Source: Verrucomicrobiota bacterium
Lineage (GTDB): Bacteria; Verrucomicrobiota; Verrucomicrobiia; Limisphaerales; Palsa-1400
Direction: 5' to 3'
NCBI GenBank assembly: GCA_049510745.1
Contig: JBEKYR010000027.1
Coordinates: 1 to 64,000 of the forward strand
Length of the DNA: 64,000 nucleotides
Position 1 is the stretch's first letter, and each line of letters opens with the position of its first letter. Below the pieces are notes generated by a model. The model was not told where the DNA came from. It did no database searches and saw nothing but the letters and a program-made list of their open reading frames with translations. Both the position numbers and the translations under genes were made by a program. Of the stretch, positions 10,537 through 20,137 are shown piece by piece.

Positions 10537-11151
10537 GTGAATGCGCGCGGCACGTTTGAAATCCGGCGGGCGACAGTCGATGATCTGGCGCAGTTGCAGG
10601 AATTGTGGAAGGCGGCGCAGTTCGCCGTCGAGGACCTGGAGAAAAAGTTCACCGAATTTCAAGTCGCCGTCAATGATCGGGGCGAGGTCGTCGGCACTGT
10701 CGGCCTCCAACTGGCGGGGGCCGACGGCAGGATACATTCGGAAACGTTTTCCGATTTCGCGTTGAGCGACACGTTGCGTCCGCTGCTGTGGGAACGGCTG
10801 CAAGTGGTGGCGCGGAACCACAGTTTGTTTCGCGTCTGGACGGAGGAGGAGGCGCCGTTTTGGAAAAAAGACGCCGGTTTTTCGACCCCGCCGGCCGACG
10901 CGCTGAGCCGTCTGCCGGAAGCGTTTGGGAGCGGGCGGGGCGGCTGGCTAGCGTTGCGGCTGCGGGACGAATCGGCCGATCCGAACTTGCTCGAGGCGCA
11001 ATTCGCGCTGTTCCGCGAGGCGGAAAGAGCGAAGCGGGAAAAACTCCTGCACCAGGCGGAGATACTGAAGATGGCCGGCACGGCGGTGGCGGTGCTGCTG
11101 TTTATCTTTGCGCTCCTGGTGCTGATCTGGTTTGTGCGCCACCGCCGATGA
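10537..11151 (+). CDS. GNAT-fold-like protein with C-terminal membrane anchor
   Basis: IRRATVDDL start, VVGTVGL, FWKKDAGF; hydrophobic C-terminal helix followed by a basic tail. Confidence 0.6.
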   Translation: MNARGTFEIRRATVDDLAQLQELWKAAQFAVEDLEKKFTEFQVAVNDRGEVVGTVGLQLAGADGRIHSETFSDFALSDTLRPLLWERLQVVARNHSLFRVWTEEEAPFWKKDAGFSTPPADALSRLPEAFGSGRGGWLALRLRDESADPNLLEAQFALFREAERAKREKLLHQAEILKMAGTAVAVLLFIFALLVLIWFVRHRR

Positions 11152-11162
11152 CGGCCCCGGGC

Positions 11163-11398
11163 GCCGCAACCAAAAAAAAGACGGACAGGATGAACAGGAT
11201 GAACAGGATTAAGAACAGATTCAGGAAAGAGAATTCCCCTCTTCATCCTGTGCATCTTGTTCATCCTGTCTGAAAATTTTGTTCTTCTGACGAGATTTTT
11301 TTTGCCGCAAAAGAACGCAAAGAACACAGAGATAAGAGCTTATGTTTTTTTCTTTGTGATCTTTGTGATCTTTGCGGCAATTCATCTTTGGTTGCGGC
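11163..11398. repeat. Nested palindromic intergenic element (REPIN/MITE-like)
   Basis: Outer inverted repeat GCCGCAACCAAA (11163-11174)/TTTGGTTGCGGC (11387-11398) encloses two inverted pairs of 9-bp tandem units (11184-11209/11245-11270; 11304-11331/11352-11378). Confidence 0.8.
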
Positions 11399-11882
11399 TG
11401 CCGCGCTGGGTATTTCGCGGTTTACTCGGTTTTCTATATTGGCACGGTTTTCGACCCTCTCATTTTATGCGCTCCTCGTTTCACTCTGGATTCGTTAGGC
11501 GAGAGTTCTGGATCTTTTAGGGTCTCAATGAACGAAGCACGGAGCGCGGTCATGATCTCAGACGGTGCATCTGTCGCTCTGAGCCGCCGCGACAGCCGGC
11601 AAGCATCTTTCTTTTCAGCGCTGGCCGCTGGCGGGCCGGTTAGTTGCGCCGTATCGGCTGAATGCCCCTGACTCATAATCAGTCAATAATGTTTGCGGGA
11701 ATCCTCAGACCTCATTCCGACCAATGTTTACAAAGGTTTTATCGATTCGTTGTCTGCCTGAGTCATCACGTATTTGCCCTAAATTTGGCAAACAGTATCG
11801 GATTCTAGTATCAGATTCCAATCATCCGACAGACTGCCACCGCCTGAGATTTACCGTGGACCATCTGACATTCGTGCAGGAT

Positions 11883-12467
11883 TTACTCCATTAATCTGAA
11901 CCAGTCCTTAACACTCAATCGAAGGCGAACAATTTCATCTTCTGCCAAGGGGCTACAGTGAGCTATCGAATTCCTGAGCAAGTTGAGGTTGTTCATGATT
12001 CGCTCGACGGCCTTCGGGCTGTCAAAGATCGACCCGAACACAATCCAGTTGTGCTTTATTATCTCTCCAAGCTCGCCAAAGTTGGTGTAGTCAATCGGCT
12101 GTTCTGACCTTAGAGTAAAGCCAGAGTCTTTTTCTCTTTGGATTCGCTTTTCTACCTCCGCATGAATATTCGCTGGTACACGCTGCGAATTCCACCAAGT
12201 TTTTGGTTCAACTGCATCAAGAGAATCCGATATCAACTTGCGGATCGTTTTTTCAAAGCAATAGAAAATTTCGTAGTGCTTAGACATTTCAACAGCTTCA
12301 GCTCGAATCGATTTGTCAAACTGCGGATAATATACACTGTCTTTTTCGTCGCGTTTAGCGATCTTACGCTGGAGATCTATGTCTAAATCGGCCTCAACTT
12401 TTGAGAGACCAATCTCCAAGAGTTGGTTGGAGATACCAAACAGTTTGATGGTTTCTTCTGAATTCAC
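11883..12467 (-). CDS. Swt1-like HEPN domain protein (putative RNase)
   Basis: YEIFYCFEKTIRKLI, WW, IDYTNFGELGEIIKHNW, intact RxxxxH motif LRNSIAH; low GC. Confidence 0.8.
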   Translation of the reverse strand: MNSEETIKLFGISNQLLEIGLSKVEADLDIDLQRKIAKRDEKDSVYYPQFDKSIRAEAVEMSKHYEIFYCFEKTIRKLISDSLDAVEPKTWWNSQRVPANIHAEVEKRIQREKDSGFTLRSEQPIDYTNFGELGEIIKHNWIVFGSIFDSPKAVERIMNNLNLLRNSIAHCSPLAEDEIVRLRLSVKDWFRLME

Positions 12468-12476
12468 AAATGTCGC

Positions 12477-13103
12477 TCACTTCTTCAGAAGATGTTCTTT
12501 CAAGCTTTTAAAAATTGCGTCGAACACCTTGATATCGTCAGTTGCCGGAAGGTTCAAATTGATTGTATATGCAAGGTTCATCCCAACGCCCACGGCACCA
12601 GGGCCCATATCGCGTCTCTCCGATTCGGCGGCTTCGTGCGCATCCGTTTCGACGTTCTCCCCTGCGTCTCCTGGTTTATCAAAATCGCAAAATTGCCTGA
12701 ACGCTTTGAAAGTGCCAACGATGGCGCTTACAACACGATTGTCAGGTTCCAAACCTGTCGCTTCGACAACAACCCCCTTGAGATCCTCGTCGCTTGCTTT
12801 GTGGATGAATTCGTTCCGCTCAAAAAGTTGTTTGTACGCTGTACGAAACGCAGTGGCGGCAGCCTTTTTCGACGAACCAGGGTTCCGAAATTGATTATAA
12901 AGTTCGCTGGGAGTACCATCGCTCCGCACAAAGCCGATGCGTTTAAAAAACGGGGGAAGGGCCGCACCGGTTCCACCTTTAATGCCGAGCACAGTGGCAA
13001 CAAAATCACCTGTAAAACGTTCAGGCGTAGCGGCGTTTTTGATCTTCTCAAACGCACTGGTCAAAGTACCGGAAGATATAAGGTATGGAGGATTATCTGC
13101 CAT
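12477..13103 (-). CDS. DUF5343 family protein
   Basis: PYLISSG...ATPERFTGDF...FKRIGFVRSDGTPSELYNQFR...YTINLNLPATDDIKVFDAIFKSLKEHL; start MADNPP at 13103; low GC. Confidence 0.75.
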   Translation of the reverse strand: MADNPPYLISSGTLTSAFEKIKNAATPERFTGDFVATVLGIKGGTGAALPPFFKRIGFVRSDGTPSELYNQFRNPGSSKKAAATAFRTAYKQLFERNEFIHKASDEDLKGVVVEATGLEPDNRVVSAIVGTFKAFRQFCDFDKPGDAGENVETDAHEAAESERRDMGPGAVGVGMNLAYTINLNLPATDDIKVFDAIFKSLKEHLLKK

Positions 13104-13457
13104 AATGTCTTGGATGCTGCCTTTTTCCAGCTTCGGCGTCAAGCGCTTTTATGACAGTTATTAGAGTATTAAACAAGGTTAAGCCGCACCCACAGGGGAG
13201 GCGTCTTTGACTGTCCATCCTTCATTTTTATCGGGGCACAGTTCATCTTCAAGCAACCCTTGGAGGCCAGGGGAGCGGGTCCAGACATGCGAACCGAGTT
13301 GACGGTGCCGCGACAATCGCACGACGCCGTTTTCGCGGAGAACTTCCACATCTATTCCCCTGCCTTCACAGCAGGTTTTTGGCGCTTCGCATCATGCCGT
13401 CTGGCGATTCCGGTTTACCTTGCCCGATGAAATCAGCCTTTTTTTCGCTCGCTCGGC

Positions 13458-14096
13458 TCAGCCGCGCAGGTATTTGACCACCGCCTCCGTGCGGGAATGG
13501 ACGTGGAGTTTTTCATAGACCGTGCGCACGTAGCTGCGCACGGTGTCGATGCTGATGTTCATCCGGTCGGCGATTTCCTTGTAGGCGTAACCTTTGGAGA
13601 GTTGATCCAGAAATTCCTTCTCCCCCGGCGCGAGGCGCGACACCGGCGAATTGTCTCCGGCCTGCCTGGAAAAAAACTGGACGACGCGCCGGGCCAGTTG
13701 CGGGGTCATGGGCGAACCGCCGTCGTAAACGTCCTGGATCGCCTCCAGCAGGCGGGCCGAGGCGGTGCGCTTGAGGAGGTAGCCGCTGGCGCCGGCCTTG
13801 AGGGAATTGAAGAGCGAATCGCTGTCCTCGTAAACTGTCAACATGAGAAATTGGACGTTGGGCAGGAGGGCTTTCAATTGGCGCACGCATTCCACGCCCT
13901 TCATGCCGGGGAGGTTGATGTCCATGAGCACGACGTTGGGCGGGCGGTTGGGGATTTCCTTGAGGGCGGTTTCGGCGTCGGGATAGTCGCCAGCGAAGCG
14001 CAGGGCGGGAGCGCGGCGGATGAGGGTCGCCAGGCTGGCGCGGATGCCCTCGTCATCATCGACGATTGCGACCTTGATCTGAGTCTTCTCTGTCAT
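13458..14096 (-). CDS. NarL/LuxR-family response regulator
   Basis: IVDDD, LMDINLPG, GASGYLLK, HTH TVRSYVRTVYEKLHVHSRTEAV. Confidence 0.95.
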   Translation of the reverse strand: MTEKTQIKVAIVDDDEGIRASLATLIRRAPALRFAGDYPDAETALKEIPNRPPNVVLMDINLPGMKGVECVRQLKALLPNVQFLMLTVYEDSDSLFNSLKAGASGYLLKRTASARLLEAIQDVYDGGSPMTPQLARRVVQFFSRQAGDNSPVSRLAPGEKEFLDQLSKGYAYKEIADRMNISIDTVRSYVRTVYEKLHVHSRTEAVVKYLRG

Positions 14097-14172
14097 AGGG
14101 GTCGTCACACACCATTGATGGCACGGAAGCACCCCCGCTGGCAATGACATGAACGTGCGGCAATAAAATTAA

Positions 14173-14326
14173 TCAAGGCGCGGCCTTTCCGTCAAGCGAT
14201 GACCTATACAGAGCGAAGAATCGGTCGGCGAGGGCGCCGACCGCTGCACGCGGGGGCGCGTGCTCTCCCCGGGATGTACTGCAACGGTTCTTACGAGGAT
14301 TTGGGTCAAGGCGCGGCCTTTCCGTC
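14173..14326. repeat. 21-bp direct repeat flanking a 112-bp REP-like insert
   Basis: TCAAGGCGCGGCCTTTCCGTC at 14173-14193 and 14306-14326 (the second is the kinase 3' end); the insert contains the palindrome GCACGCG-GGGG-CGCGTGC. Confidence 0.8.
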
Positions 14327-17300
14327 GGTCTGGACCGGCGCAAAATGGAGCGTCAAGCTCACGGTGGTTCCGTGGCCGGGCCGGCTCTCGACGGTGACGT
14401 TTCCGCCCATCGCCTGGGCGCGGCGGCGCATGTTGCCCAAGCCGTTACCCCGGCTCTGTCCGTGGGTGTCAAACCCCTTGCCGTCGTCCTGGACGATGAT
14501 GTGGAGGACATCGTCGGCGACCTTGGCCTGGACGCGCACCTCGCGGGCGGCGGAATGCTTGAGGGAATTGGTCAGGGCCTCTTTGACCACCAGAAAGATG
14601 CTGTGGCGCGTTTCGGGGGGCAGGGGACGGGAGGGCAAATCGGCCGGCAGGTCCAGGCGGCAGCGCAGGCCGTCGCCTTCAAAAAGCTCGTTGGCGAAAT
14701 GGGCGATGTACTCGACCAGGCTTTGGAGGGAATCGCTTCCCGGGCGGATGGCCCAGACAATCTCCTCCAGCGCCCGCAAGGTCTGCTCGGCGGACTGTGA
14801 AATTTTATTGATATGAAGCTCCACCTGGCCGGCGTTGTCCTTGTCTTGCCGCGCCAGGCCGCTCAGGAGGGAAATGCGGGTCAGGGACGAACCGAGGTCG
14901 TCATGGAGGTCCTGGGCGATGCGCGCCCGTTCGCGTTCCAGCACGCGCTCGCGCTCCAACTGCGCCAGACGGCGGTGCATCTGCCTTTTTTCGATCACCC
15001 GAATACCTCCGCCGATGGAGCCGATCAGACCGATGGTGGCCAAAGCGAGAAACCACCATTCCTGCCACAGATGGGGGAGCACCGTCAGCGGCAGGCTCGC
15101 CCCGGACTCGGTCCAGACGCCGTCGTTGTTGCAGGCGATGACATGGAAATGGTAATGGCCTGGCGGCACGTAACTATAGAGGGCGGCGCGGCTGGCGCCG
15201 GCATCGACCCAATCGGAATCCAACCCCTCCAAGCGGTAGCGGAAACGAACTCGTTCCGGGGCGCTGAAACTGAGGCCGGTGTAACGAAACTCCAGGCGCC
15301 GCCGGCCCGGGGCGATGCGGAGGTCCGTCATCGGGGTGGCCACGCTATCGACCATGACTTCTTCCAACACGACATCGGGCGGGGGCGCGGGGGCGGTTTG
15401 GGGGCTGGGATCGGCCACGACCACGCCTTTGAGGGTGGAGAACCAGAGCAGGCCGGATTTGGTCTTGAGGCCGGCCGGAGAAAAGCCGCCCGTGCATTCC
15501 TCGGAAACCATTCCTTCGGCGCGGCCGTAAATCTGGAGGTTGAGTGGGGCGTTATTGCCGTTGAGCGCCTGGGCCAACTCGTCTTTGCGGGCGCGGGCGA
15601 TGCCCCAGTCGCTGCCCAGCCAGAGCCGGCCCGAGTCATCTTCGAGGATTTGTGAAATCGTATTGTCAGGCAGCCCCTCGCGGGTAGTGAGGGTTGTGAC
15701 GCGGCCTTCGCGCCAGCGGCTCAAGCCGTCGCCGGTGGTGCCGATCCAGAGGGTGCCCTGGGCGTCCAGGTAGAGAGCGCGGACCAGGTCGCTCAACAGC
15801 CCGGCCGATTTGTCCAAGTGCAGGCGCACGCCGCCCTGGAATTGGTAGAGGCCGTCGCCCTGGGTTCCCACCCAGACCGAACCGTCGGGCGCCGGCGCGA
15901 TGGCGGCGATGGCGTGAGTGCGGGGAAAATTATTTTCTTTGCGCCAGGCGCCGTTCTGTAATTGCCAAAGCTCGCCTTCGCGCGTGCCGGCCCAGATTGC
16001 CCCCTGGCTGCCGTTGGCCAGCGAGAGAACATTCAAGCCTTCCAAGGCGGAAAAATTTGTTTCCGCGCCGGTGTTTTTTGGGTCGCGGAAGTGGAGCAAG
16101 CCGTTGGCATTGGCCACCCAGACACTGCCGTCCCTTGCCATGAGGAGCGAATTGACGCGGGGAAAGCGCTGCAAGAGGTCGTTGGTAATCTTGCTGAAAC
16201 TTCCGTTGCTCCAGCGATAGACACCGTCGCTCGGCTTGCCCGCCCAAATGATTCCCGGTTCGATCTCGGCCAGGCCTTGCACCGCGCCATAACCCAGCCC
16301 CTCGTTCTGGCCGCGCACGGAAAGATTGCCCCGCCGCAAGCGATTCAGCCCCGCTCCCGTCCCGACCCACATGTTGCCTTCACGATCGACCAGCAACGAC
16401 TGCACGGAATTGTCGGAGAGGCCGCTGCTGGCATTGGGCGCGAGCGGCTCGCCGCTTTTGAAACCGAACAAACCCTCGCTGACCGACCCCGCCCAAACGG
16501 TGCCGTTAGGCTCCTCCACCAGCGCGCTCACATAGGGGCGCGCCAAGTGCCGCACGATCTCGGTGCGCCGCCACTTTTCCCCTTCGCGGCACAAGACATA
16601 ATCATCTCCCGCGCCGACCCAGAGGCGGCCGGCGTGATCGAGCAGCAAACAGTGCGCGTCGCGCAGCAAGGCATCGACAAGCTCGTTGGTCACCGCCAGC
16701 AGGCGGGTGCCGGTGAATCGGAAAACGCCGGCGCCCGTCACTGCTATCCAGAGGCTGCCATGCGGGTCGCGGAAAAGCGCCGGAACCGCCTTGCCCTGGA
16801 AGGCTTCCGCTCCGTTGAGCGCGCCAAATGTTCCTCCCTGCCAGACAGCCAGGCCCCCCTCGGTGCCGACAAAGAGCCGATTCTGGCTGTCCTCGCCCAG
16901 CGCCGTGATGGAATCGGAGGGCAGACCGTCCCGCACGGTAAAATTGGTGAACTTCCCGTGCTCCAAGCGACTCAAGCCGCCGGCCGCGGTCCCGATCCAC
17001 AACGTTCCGCGGCTGTCTTCCAACAGCACGGAGACCGGCCCGCTGCGCAACCCCTCGCGGGTGCCAAAACTGACAAACCGCACGCCGTCAAAGCGCGCCA
17101 AGCCGCCATCGCTGCCGACCCAAAGATAGCCGTCGCGGGTTTGAGCCAGCGCGCGGACCGAGTTCTCCGGCAACCCCTGCTCGCGCTGCCAGGCGCGAAA
17201 GGTGAAGGGAGGCGAACCCTGGCCGGGACCGGAATTGGCCGCGGTGACAAAATCGGCGAAGGAAGTCGCGATCGCCATGTCGCTGAACGTCCAACCTTTT

Positions 17301-17983
17301 CCGCCACCGCCGTGTCGGAGGCGGATTTGATCGAAGGTGGCATTGGCCTTGAACTTGGTGGTGAGGCTTTCCGGCTGGGAATCTTCGGTGGCGTTGGGGC
17401 TGAGGTCCGGATTGAGCCAGACCGTGACCAGGTCCTCTTGCCGCGGCAGATATTGGACTTTGAAAACAATGGTGCGTTCGATTCCGCGGCGGGGCAATTC
17501 GTAAAGGTAAAACGTGCCCAGCCCCGCCGACTCCGGCTGCGAAGAATGCAGGTCCAAGTCGCCCGGGACCGTGTTGCTCAGGCCGGTCTCGCTGGTGTTG
17601 AAGGCGCTGTAAGCCCACGCTTTGAGCGAGTTGCCCACCGCCAGGCGGGCCGTGTCCCCCTCGTAAAGTTCAAAGCCGGCGAAGTATTCCTCCGTGCTGA
17701 CATCCGAGAGCGGAGCGACGTGGAACTTGAAGTAGAGGGTGTTGGTGCTGGAATCGTTCTCCTTGACAGCCCCGCCGAGAATATCGGTCCCCGGCCCGGA
17801 ATCATGCACCAGAGTGGCCCCCAAATCGCTCCACAAAATGACCGCCCGGACGGGGAACACCGCCCCCGCCATCAGGATCGCTCCCAAGAGAAAGCCGGAA
17901 ATTGCATTGCGCGAACTCACAAGCTGTATGCGGCAGAATAGGTGCAAGGCCGCCGAAAAGCGAGCCAATATCCATCGGACCAC
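14306..17983 (-). CDS. Sensor histidine kinase: extra N-terminal beta-sandwich, two-component regulator propellers, Y_Y_Y, HisKA_3/HATPase
   Basis: Repeated GLPSD..I..L..D..G.LW.GT, FRYRLEG, IAQDLHDDLG, EALTNSLKH, DDGKG, GNGL; start uncertain (possibly 17872). Confidence 0.93.
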   Translation of the reverse strand: MVRWILARFSAALHLFCRIQLVSSRNAISGFLLGAILMAGAVFPVRAVILWSDLGATLVHDSGPGTDILGGAVKENDSSTNTLYFKFHVAPLSDVSTEEYFAGFELYEGDTARLAVGNSLKAWAYSAFNTSETGLSNTVPGDLDLHSSQPESAGLGTFYLYELPRRGIERTIVFKVQYLPRQEDLVTVWLNPDLSPNATEDSQPESLTTKFKANATFDQIRLRHGGGGKGWTFSDMAIATSFADFVTAANSGPGQGSPPFTFRAWQREQGLPENSVRALAQTRDGYLWVGSDGGLARFDGVRFVSFGTREGLRSGPVSVLLEDSRGTLWIGTAAGGLSRLEHGKFTNFTVRDGLPSDSITALGEDSQNRLFVGTEGGLAVWQGGTFGALNGAEAFQGKAVPALFRDPHGSLWIAVTGAGVFRFTGTRLLAVTNELVDALLRDAHCLLLDHAGRLWVGAGDDYVLCREGEKWRRTEIVRHLARPYVSALVEEPNGTVWAGSVSEGLFGFKSGEPLAPNASSGLSDNSVQSLLVDREGNMWVGTGAGLNRLRRGNLSVRGQNEGLGYGAVQGLAEIEPGIIWAGKPSDGVYRWSNGSFSKITNDLLQRFPRVNSLLMARDGSVWVANANGLLHFRDPKNTGAETNFSALEGLNVLSLANGSQGAIWAGTREGELWQLQNGAWRKENNFPRTHAIAAIAPAPDGSVWVGTQGDGLYQFQGGVRLHLDKSAGLLSDLVRALYLDAQGTLWIGTTGDGLSRWREGRVTTLTTREGLPDNTISQILEDDSGRLWLGSDWGIARARKDELAQALNGNNAPLNLQIYGRAEGMVSEECTGGFSPAGLKTKSGLLWFSTLKGVVVADPSPQTAPAPPPDVVLEEVMVDSVATPMTDLRIAPGRRRLEFRYTGLSFSAPERVRFRYRLEGLDSDWVDAGASRAALYSYVPPGHYHFHVIACNNDGVWTESGASLPLTVLPHLWQEWWFLALATIGLIGSIGGGIRVIEKRQMHRRLAQLERERVLERERARIAQDLHDDLGSSLTRISLLSGLARQDKDNAGQVELHINKISQSAEQTLRALEEIVWAIRPGSDSLQSLVEYIAHFANELFEGDGLRCRLDLPADLPSRPLPPETRHSIFLVVKEALTNSLKHSAAREVRVQAKVADDVLHIIVQDDGKGFDTHGQSRGNGLGNMRRRAQAMGGNVTVESRPGHGTTVSLTLHFAPVQTDGKAAP

Positions 17984-18008
17984 AACTGACTATTTGGGCG
18001 GTTTTTCC

Positions 18009-18076
18009 AATCTTAATCTTGCTCGTAATTTTAATCCGAAGGAGATTACGATTACGATTAAGATTGAGATTAAGAT
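18009..18076. repeat. Inverted hexamer-tandem repeat (AATCTT/GATTAC-type units) in the kinase-glmS divergent intergenic region
   Basis: AATCTTAATCTTGCTCGTAATTTTAATC (18009-18036) versus GATTACGATTACGATTAAGATTGAGATTAAGAT (18044-18076). Confidence 0.7.
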
Positions 18077-18105
18077 CGGGAGCGGCTGCCCAAGAAAGTG
18101 AATTT

Positions 18106-19959
18106 ATGTGTGGAATCATCGGATACATAGGCAGGAAGGACGCCAGTCCCATTCTGGTCGAAGCCTTGCGCCGGCTGCAATATCGCGGCTATGACAGCGC
18201 GGGGCTGGCCGTGCTGGACGACGGCGAGTTGCGCGTGCGGAAAAAGAAGGGCAACATCGACGAGGGCCTGGCGGCGTTGCTGCGCGCGCAGCCGGTGTCC
18301 GGCCCGCTGGGCATCGGCCATACTCGCTGGGCCACGCACGGCCCGCCTTCGGATGAGAATTCCCATCCGCACCTCGATCAGTCCGGCAGAATCGCCGTGG
18401 TCCATAACGGCGTGATCGAAAACTGCGATCGCCTCAAACACAACCTCGCCGCCGAAGGCCACGTGTTTCTTTCCGCGACGGACACCGAAGTCTTGGCGCA
18501 TCTGATCGGCAAGCATTACCGGGAAAAATTGCCCGGCGGCGGCGCCCAGGCGTTGACCCAGGCGGTTTGCGACGCGCTGCGGGAAGTCATCGGCACTTAC
18601 GGCATCGCCGTGATAAGCGCCGATCATCCCGACGTCATCATTGGCGCGCGGCGCGGCTCTCCACTCATCATCGGCATCGGCGAGGGCGAGAATTTTTTGA
18701 CGAGCGACACAAATGCCATCGTCGCCCACACGCGGCAGGCGGTCTATCTCAATGATTACGACGTGGCAACGGTGACGCGGGAGCGGTTCGACGTGCAGAA
18801 CCTGGGGGCCGACACGGCCAAGGTGCAGATCAGCCGGCTGGAGTTCGAGGCGCAGGACGCCGAGCGGGGCGCGTTCCCGCATTTCATGCTCAAGGAGATT
18901 TATGAGCAACCGCGCGCGGTCGAGAACGCGTTGCGCGGCCGCGTCGATATCGAAGGCGCCACCGCGCGCTTTGGCGGCTTGAATATGACGGCGGCTGAAT
19001 TGCGCGGGATCGAACGGATTGTCATTGGCGCGACCGGCACCAGTTGGCACGCCGCGTTGGTGGGGGAGTACTTGATCGAGGAACTGGCCCATCTGCCGGT
19101 CGAAGTGGAATTCGCGCACGAATTTTACAACCGCAACGCGCCGCTGGAGCGCGACACGGTGCTGCTGGTCATTTCCCAATCCGGCGAAACGGCGGACACG
19201 CTCGGGGCGCTGCGCGAGGCCAAACGACGCGGGCACCGGGTCCTGTCCATTTGCAACGTGGTCGGCAGCACGGTGGCGCGGGAAGCCGACGGGGGCATTT
19301 ACATGCACGCGGGGCCGGAGATCGGGGTGGCCTCGACCAAGGCGTTTACGTCAATGCTGGTCATCCTCGCCCTGCTGGGGGTCCACTTGGGCCGCATGAG
19401 AATGCTCTCGGTCCATCGCGCGCTGGAAATTCTGCGCGGATTGGAAGCGATCCCCAAACAGATCGAATCGCTATTGAAGCAAGCGCCGGCCATAAAAAAG
19501 CTCGCGCTCAAGTACGCGCAAGCGCGCGACTTCTTTTTCCTGAGCCGCGGCTACACCTATCCGATTGCGTTGGAAGGCGCGCTCAAGCTCAAGGAAATTT
19601 CCTACATCCATGCCGAAGGCTATTCCGCCGCCGAAATGAAACACGGCCCCATCGCGCTGATCGATCCCGCGACGCCCACCGTATTCCTGGTCCCGAAAGA
19701 TTCGATGTATGAAAAGACCATGGCCAACCTGGCCATGATCCGCGCCCGCAAAGGCCCGATCATCGCCGTGGCGACCGAAGGCGACATGGACATTGTGAGC
19801 GCGTGCGACGACGTGATTTATTTGCCTTGTACGCAGGAGCCGCTATATCCGATTTTGGCGACCGTGCCGCTGCAACTCTTCGCCTACGAAATCGCCGTGT
19901 CGCGCGGCTGCGACGTGGACAAGCCGCGCAACCTGGCGAAAAGCGTGACGGTGGAATAA
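18106..19959 (+). CDS. glmS: Glutamine--fructose-6-phosphate aminotransferase
   Basis: MCGIIGY start, YRGYDSAG, GHTRWATHG, SQSGETAD, C-terminal DKPRNLAKSVTVE. Confidence 0.98.
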   Translation: MCGIIGYIGRKDASPILVEALRRLQYRGYDSAGLAVLDDGELRVRKKKGNIDEGLAALLRAQPVSGPLGIGHTRWATHGPPSDENSHPHLDQSGRIAVVHNGVIENCDRLKHNLAAEGHVFLSATDTEVLAHLIGKHYREKLPGGGAQALTQAVCDALREVIGTYGIAVISADHPDVIIGARRGSPLIIGIGEGENFLTSDTNAIVAHTRQAVYLNDYDVATVTRERFDVQNLGADTAKVQISRLEFEAQDAERGAFPHFMLKEIYEQPRAVENALRGRVDIEGATARFGGLNMTAAELRGIERIVIGATGTSWHAALVGEYLIEELAHLPVEVEFAHEFYNRNAPLERDTVLLVISQSGETADTLGALREAKRRGHRVLSICNVVGSTVAREADGGIYMHAGPEIGVASTKAFTSMLVILALLGVHLGRMRMLSVHRALEILRGLEAIPKQIESLLKQAPAIKKLALKYAQARDFFFLSRGYTYPIALEGALKLKEISYIHAEGYSAAEMKHGPIALIDPATPTVFLVPKDSMYEKTMANLAMIRARKGPIIAVATEGDMDIVSACDDVIYLPCTQEPLYPILATVPLQLFAYEIAVSRGCDVDKPRNLAKSVTVE

Positions 19960-19985
19960 GTGGGATTACAAGAGGAAATGAAAAT

Positions 19986-20053
19986 TGTATCCGTAGAACA
20001 GGGTTTCCAACAAAGATGTTCGGTTTCCAACAATGAACACCGGTTTCCAACAA
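19986..20053 (+). mobile_element. Putative Tn7-like transposon end at the glmS attachment site
   Basis: TGT begins 26 nt after the glmS stop; three GGTTTCCAACAA copies at an exact 20-bp period (20002, 20022, 20042); abrupt GC drop. Confidence 0.6.
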
Positions 20054-20137
20054 AACCTTTTAACGCTGGATTCCTAAGCAATCTGGTTATCGTAATGATC
20101 TTAACTCCTATTCGGCAAGCCGTCGGAAGACGTGTCC

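Noticed and set aside
11434..11676. 80-aa ORF as a third gene of the HEPN cassette
   Set aside because: No recognisable motif and about 200 nt from the HEPN stop; cannot be supported.
17984..18105. glmS ribozyme, or the long N-terminal GlmS extension from 17902
   Set aside because: No recognisable ribozyme core; GlmS needs an N-terminal Cys, so the start is 18106, and the RLRLRL extension is translated repeat DNA.
20002..20053. Mini CRISPR array
   Set aside because: Repeats are 12 bp with 8-bp gaps, far too short, and no cas genes are present; a transposon end fits better.
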